In this document: piece after piece, positions 59,515-64,000 of the stretch
Numbering within the stretch: position 1 is the first letter of the stretch
Layout: each line of letters opens with the position of its first letter
Source of the DNA: a virus
Lineage: Duplodnaviria; Heunggongvirae; Uroviricota; Caudoviricetes
Reading direction: 5' to 3' (one strand)
DNA: 64,000 nucleotides
Virus record (IMG/VR): IMGVR_UViG_3300035210_000151
Translations under genes and position numbers: made by a program
The notes under the pieces: model-generated
The model's input: only the letters and a program-made list of their open reading frames with translations
What the model was told of the DNA's origin: nothing
Databases searched by the model: none

Positions 59515-60420
59515 ATGAAAGAAGGACATGTATTCAGGTCGTTTACTGACACTGGTGATATCTATTCACAGCAAATACTGCAGAACAAGACACTTGAAAA
59601 CTTTCTTTTGCATTTAAAAGAGTCCCTTGATTATGAGCAGGCTACCATTTATATTTATGACAACATAACTCAAAACTCAAAGGTTGACCTTGTTGAGAAG
59701 GCTATTAATTTTATATTAAAGGCTCGTTTCAAAAATAATATAGACTCTGATCAATATAGTCATTTTAAAGATAGATTATTTAACTACTCAGAAGTGATTC
59801 AGGTTGTTCAATTGACGCGAGTTTATAATAGACATAAAGAATACCACTATTTATTTGTATCCAGTTATCTTGATGGTGATGAATTGAATATCATTATCCC
59901 TTCTGAATTAAATGAATGTTCTTTCTTAGGGGTTCCATCAATTAATATAAGTCAGTATCGAAAATATCCTAGCTATGATGATTACAACCATTTTGTTGAA
60001 TTTAAAGAAGATAAAGTTAACAATAATAGAACTCATTTTCTTCAATCTGTTTGTGAAATAAACATGGAAATAAACTACTCCAGTCCTATTCTATCAAGCC
60101 GTCTTAAAACTACTTATGACGCTATCAGTTACGATAGAAAAGCCCAAGTCGTTTTAACATTATACCCACAAGATTATGAGTTTAACTGTGATTATGTTAT
60201 TGATTTATCATTAATATACAAACAAAAAACAATAAAAAGAACAGTTATTGAGCATCGTAGTGTAAACGATTTGGATAAAATCATTGAGAAATTCATATTT
60301 CCATTGGCTGAATCTTATGAACTTATTAATGAATGGGAGTTAGATCCTGAATTGACAGCAGAGTTTATGTCACATGATTATGAATCTTACTGGGAATTAA
60401 AACAAATGGTGGAAATATGA
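59515..60420 (+). CDS. hypothetical protein, family G, M-x-x-I tail
   Basis: FLLHLK..LDYE, FIFPL; ends ELKQMVEI. Confidence 0.8.
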   Translation: MKEGHVFRSFTDTGDIYSQQILQNKTLENFLLHLKESLDYEQATIYIYDNITQNSKVDLVEKAINFILKARFKNNIDSDQYSHFKDRLFNYSEVIQVVQLTRVYNRHKEYHYLFVSSYLDGDELNIIIPSELNECSFLGVPSINISQYRKYPSYDDYNHFVEFKEDKVNNNRTHFLQSVCEINMEINYSSPILSSRLKTTYDAISYDRKAQVVLTLYPQDYEFNCDYVIDLSLIYKQKTIKRTVIEHRSVNDLDKIIEKFIFPLAESYELINEWELDPELTAEFMSHDYESYWELKQMVEI

Positions 60421-61355
60421 TAAAGGCTATTTTAAATTTTATCAAGGGTAAAGAAAACTTAGTTCCTTTAAAAGATGAAGCTATGCCAGAACTTTCAATA
60501 CTGGACGAAAGATTATCTAGATTAAATAAACATTTTATTTTACTAGACAAACCTTTAAAAAATCTATTAACTTTTCTGAAAGAAAAATATGATTATGATA
60601 GTGCTTCTTATTATTATTATTCACAACCATTTTCTCAATATAATGAAGACGATCAGCTTTTTTTAAAAGAGGCTTTAGATCAAGCATATGCTAAATCTAG
60701 GACGCCTGAACTGCATTCTTTTGCTTTTATTGAACTTAAACGATTTTTTGATAATAATCATAGTTCAAATATTGTTCCTATATACAGCTTTTTACAGAAT
60801 GATGATATCATCAGAATTCTTCTTGATGGGATTGACATTAATTTAAATTTTCTAAGAATAAAAACCATTAATTTAAAAAACATTAATTTAAAAAACATTC
60901 ATGGACGTAAATTTATTGAATACAGAGAGTATTATGATGATGACACAAATACAATGCCTTCATTTCAACACCTACAATCTGTTTTTAGTGCTGCAATTCC
61001 ATTAAGAAATTCACCACCTATTTTAGATATTAATGATGCTCCTGTTACAGAAGAAGAATTTCTTAACTATAAAGATCGAGATGTTGAGTTGATCATTAGA
61101 CGATATTTTGATAAAAACTCTATCGAGCACTGTTCTATTGAATTGTTGAACAAAAAAGATATTATAAAATCCAAATTGATAAAAATGACTAATGAAAAAA
61201 TTGATATTGATAAAGAGGTTGATGATTTTTTGTTTCCACTTCTAGAAACATCTGAATCGCTAGCTTTGTCTAATCTTACACCTGTATTTTCTAAGGACTT
61301 TATGTCGAATGATTTTTCAGATTATATTCTGTTAAAAAAAATGGAAGACATTTAA
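60417..61355 (+). CDS. hypothetical protein, family G, M-x-x-I tail
   Basis: LLTFLK..YDYD, FLFPL; ends LLKKMEDI. Confidence 0.8.
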   Translation: MIKAILNFIKGKENLVPLKDEAMPELSILDERLSRLNKHFILLDKPLKNLLTFLKEKYDYDSASYYYYSQPFSQYNEDDQLFLKEALDQAYAKSRTPELHSFAFIELKRFFDNNHSSNIVPIYSFLQNDDIIRILLDGIDINLNFLRIKTINLKNINLKNIHGRKFIEYREYYDDDTNTMPSFQHLQSVFSAAIPLRNSPPILDINDAPVTEEEFLNYKDRDVELIIRRYFDKNSIEHCSIELLNKKDIIKSKLIKMTNEKIDIDKEVDDFLFPLLETSESLALSNLTPVFSKDFMSNDFSDYILLKKMEDI

Positions 61356-61418
61356 AAAGGCGTTGACGAAACTATTTCATCAGGTATTCTAACAGTATTC
61401 GACAAGGAGATTTAAGAA

Positions 61419-61634
61419 ATGACGTATTTTAATGCAAAAGGCGAAAATCATTCTGGTAAGGAGCTTTTTGACCGTGATGGCTTTGTAAAAGTAGATGTTC
61501 AGCATGAAATTGCAAATGTTGATCTGAATGAGTTTCCAGCTCTATCAGAGATTGTTCGTTGCCATTATGCCCTCAAAGTGTGGCACAACCATCCTAATGA
61601 GGTACCGCAAACCATCTTTTCTCGAATTAAATGA
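61419..61634 (+). CDS. small hypothetical protein
   Basis: RBS AAGGAG, upstream TTGACG promoter element, downstream terminator. Confidence 0.7.
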   Translation: MTYFNAKGENHSGKELFDRDGFVKVDVQHEIANVDLNEFPALSEIVRCHYALKVWHNHPNEVPQTIFSRIK

Positions 61635-61739
61635 GAAATAAACAAAAATAGACCTCCTATCGAGGTCTTTTTTATTGCATTGACACCATTATTTGTGTAT
61701 AATCGCTCCATCAACCTTCATCCACTCAGGAGTTAAATA

Positions 61740-62843
61740 ATGGAGTTGTTTCTAATCGGCATTCCGTGTGCTTTCATCCTTCCATTGATTTGTAAATTCA
61801 TTTTTCCACATGAAGTGACTGTGAAAGAATATCTACTTGTCTCTTTCGTTAACGTTGTGTGTGTCACTGTGTTTTATTTTCTTATCAACCTTCATGCAAC
61901 ATGGGATACGGAAATTTGGAGTGGTCAGGTCACCAGTAAACAGTCTGCGAAAGTTTCCTGTGAGCACTCTTATCAGTGTAACTGCCGTCAACAACGTTCT
62001 GGCACTGACAGCAAAGGTAATGCAACTTATACCACTGTGTGTGATACCTGTTATGACCATAGCTATGATGTTGATTGGCAAGTGGACAGTAACGTAGGTC
62101 GTGAACTTATTAATCGTGTTGACCGTCAAGGTGTAAAACAGCCTCCACGTTTCAGCAAAGTTGAAGTAGGTGAACCTTTTGCGACCACTCGTAGCTTCAC
62201 TAACTATATTAAAGCCGCACCTGACACCTTGTTTGTTGAAGCGGCATCCATGAAAGATAAATATATTGGCAAACTTCCAGAGTATCCAGATATTTATGAC
62301 TACTATCGTATCAATCGGGTTATTACGTTGGGTAAGGTCGGTGTTCCAGCCAATGATTTGAATATTATGTTGAATGAACAAATGCGTAAATGGGGGCCAT
62401 TAAAACAAGGTAACGTGATTGCTGTCTTTGTCGATGATACTTATCAAGAAGACTTCTATCATGCCTTGCAGTCTCACTGGTTGGGTGGTAAAAAGAATGA
62501 TATTATCGTGATTACTCAGGTTGATAGCACTGGTAAAATCGGTTGGAACCGTGTATTCTCTCGGGCAGATACGGCAACCTTTGATAAATCAGTCGAATTT
62601 GACTTAACCGCCATGAAACAGTTTGACAATGCTAAATATGTAGAAATTTTGAATCAGAACATTGGTGAACGCTTTCATCGGATGGACTTTGAACAGTTTA
62701 AATACTTGTTGGAAGAGCTGAAGCCCTCGACAACCGCATTGATTGTTGGTATAGTCTTTGCTCTTATCATCAACTTGGGTTTGAACTTCTTGATTGTCAA
62801 AGAAGACTTGTTCGGTGATGGTTTCCGTAGACGTTTTAGCTAA
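61740..62843 (+). CDS. phage-type membrane protein with a Cys-rich extracytoplasmic domain
   Basis: 2 N-terminal TM, DTEIWSG, SCEHSYQCNC..CDTCYDH, WLGGKKNDI, C-terminal TM. Confidence 0.8.
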   Translation: MELFLIGIPCAFILPLICKFIFPHEVTVKEYLLVSFVNVVCVTVFYFLINLHATWDTEIWSGQVTSKQSAKVSCEHSYQCNCRQQRSGTDSKGNATYTTVCDTCYDHSYDVDWQVDSNVGRELINRVDRQGVKQPPRFSKVEVGEPFATTRSFTNYIKAAPDTLFVEAASMKDKYIGKLPEYPDIYDYYRINRVITLGKVGVPANDLNIMLNEQMRKWGPLKQGNVIAVFVDDTYQEDFYHALQSHWLGGKKNDIIVITQVDSTGKIGWNRVFSRADTATFDKSVEFDLTAMKQFDNAKYVEILNQNIGERFHRMDFEQFKYLLEELKPSTTALIVGIVFALIINLGLNFLIVKEDLFGDGFRRRFS

Positions 62844-62975
62844 AAAAAGCCCTTCGGGGCTTGTTTTAAAAGATGTAAAAATCTTCAAAAAATGTAAAAA
62901 AACAATTGCTACACAACGATTTACTTGCTATACTTATCACCTAACTTAAATAACTCTTAAAGGAGAGTAGAAAGA

Positions 62976-63578
62976 ATGAATACAATGAATAAACAACGTG
63001 GTAGTGTCGTGGCTTGGGCTGTTGGTGGTCTGTTTCTACTAATCCTTGTTAGTTGCCTTATTTTTACTGGCTTGGCGATTTCAAAGCGAAATGCCTTTGT
63101 TAAAATTGAAAACAACATTCATATCGCTTATGAAGAATCGAAAAACGTTCACTCCAACTACGTGCTTCGTATTCAGGAAATGGCTCAGGTGCCTAAGATG
63201 GCAGCCAAGCAATTGAGTGAAGTTATTAAAGCAAGTAACGAAGGTCGTTATGGTAATGATGGTTCGAAAGCCGTGTTCCAGTTCTTGAAAGAGCAAAACC
63301 CGAGTATTCCAGATAGCCTTTACACGAATATTCAAAAGGAAGTGACGGGTGGCCGACTCGACTTCCAGTCCAAGATTACTCGTGTCAATGATAACAAAGG
63401 TGTGGCTTACAACATGCTTGATGATACGATTGGTGGTTTTATTCTGAAAGATATTTGGGGTCTGCCACGCAAGAACATCGGTTACGAAGGTGGCCCAGAC
63501 GATTACAAAGTTATTATGTCCGAACAATCTGTCGAAACCTTCCAAAAAGGTGTAGACAAGCCGGTCAACATGCTCTAA
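62976..63578 (+). CDS. phage-type single-TM helical protein (LemA-like)
   Basis: N-terminal TM, IQEMAQVP, GRYG.DGS.A.FQ.LKEQNP; typical partner of the preceding membrane protein in large phages. Confidence 0.7.
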   Translation: MNTMNKQRGSVVAWAVGGLFLLILVSCLIFTGLAISKRNAFVKIENNIHIAYEESKNVHSNYVLRIQEMAQVPKMAAKQLSEVIKASNEGRYGNDGSKAVFQFLKEQNPSIPDSLYTNIQKEVTGGRLDFQSKITRVNDNKGVAYNMLDDTIGGFILKDIWGLPRKNIGYEGGPDDYKVIMSEQSVETFQKGVDKPVNML

Positions 63579-63592
63579 CGAGTATGATAATA

Positions 63593-63618
63593 AAAGGGAG
63601 CCGAAAGGCTCCTTTTTT
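63593..63618 (+). terminator. intrinsic terminator
   Basis: GGAGCC-gaaa-GGCTCC followed by a T-run. Confidence 0.8.
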
Positions 63619-63677
63619 GTTGCTTAAGATAAGCTATTTATGGTATAATTGTGTCAGTTTTATAAATGGAGACAAGC

Positions 63678-64000
63678 ATGTCAGCACAAAAGTTTAGCAA
63701 AAACCCAGAGTATAAAATGGATGAAATCTATTTTGTGGCCGATGAAATGGGATTGCAACGTCAATCGCTTTCTTATGAAAGAACGAAGGGCTGTCGCTCA
63801 CCGTATTGGCAGCACTTTGAGTCTGGTCGCCAATTTCGCTACAATGAGTCCACCAACACCCTTGATGTGTCGTCTACTGATATGGATCGTTGGGCTAATT
63901 CCACTGTATTGAGTGTTGAAGTTCCTGAACGACTTGAACGCTTCCGTCAATTGCTGCTAGAATGCATTCTAATGACCCATAACACGCCGATTTGGGACGA
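63678..64000 (+). CDS. hypothetical protein, 3'-truncated by the window edge
   Basis: RBS GGAG, ATG 63678, open frame MSAQKFSKNPEYKMDEIYFVADEMG... to the end. Confidence 0.7.
   Translation, partial: MSAQKFSKNPEYKMDEIYFVADEMGLQRQSLSYERTKGCRSPYWQHFESGRQFRYNESTNTLDVSSTDMDRWANSTVLSVEVPERLERFRQLLLECILMTHNTPIWD

Noticed and set aside
1000-61355. M-x-x-I tail as a eukaryotic CaaX prenylation motif or a DNA-level repeat
   Set aside because: Position -4 is Met, not Cys, and the underlying codons and stop codons vary, so neither explanation fits.
63649-63912. 87-aa ORF in the track
   Set aside because: The overlapping frame starting at ATG 63678 has the RBS and runs open to the window edge.

Overview
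This is a very AT-rich (roughly 30% GC by eye), densely coded window from a large mobile replicon, either a megaplasmid or a jumbo-phage-like element. The host is probably gammaproteobacterial, since the SlyB and OmpA lipoproteins look Pseudomonas-like. I saw no rRNA, tRNA, CRISPR array, transposase or phage structural gene. Recognisable cargo: a partial FMN-binding glutamate-synthase-family gene, a nucleoside deoxyribosyltransferase-NUDIX fusion, an Rnl2-type RNA ligase, thymidine kinase, OmpA and SlyB lipoproteins, a cupin, a Ham1-like fusion next to a ThyX-like gene, a complete tripartite RND efflux operon, and a coupled Lon-type AAA plus soluble FtsH-like protease pair. Most other genes are orphans in tandem paralogue arrays, with sigma70-type promoters and intrinsic terminators. 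Two signals stand out. (1) Nineteen proteins from about 11 unrelated families end in the same tail, [LVI]-x-x-M-x-x-[I/F/V]-stop, which looks like an undescribed targeting or degradation tag. (2) A DotL/IcmO (type IVB coupling protein) appears split into pieces: a tandem array of 5-6 stand-alone all-alpha-domain-like proteins, plus two NTPase-domain proteins that lack exactly that domain. Family assignments come from motif recognition by eye and from memory, not from database searches. Some start codons were moved to a downstream ATG with a better RBS.
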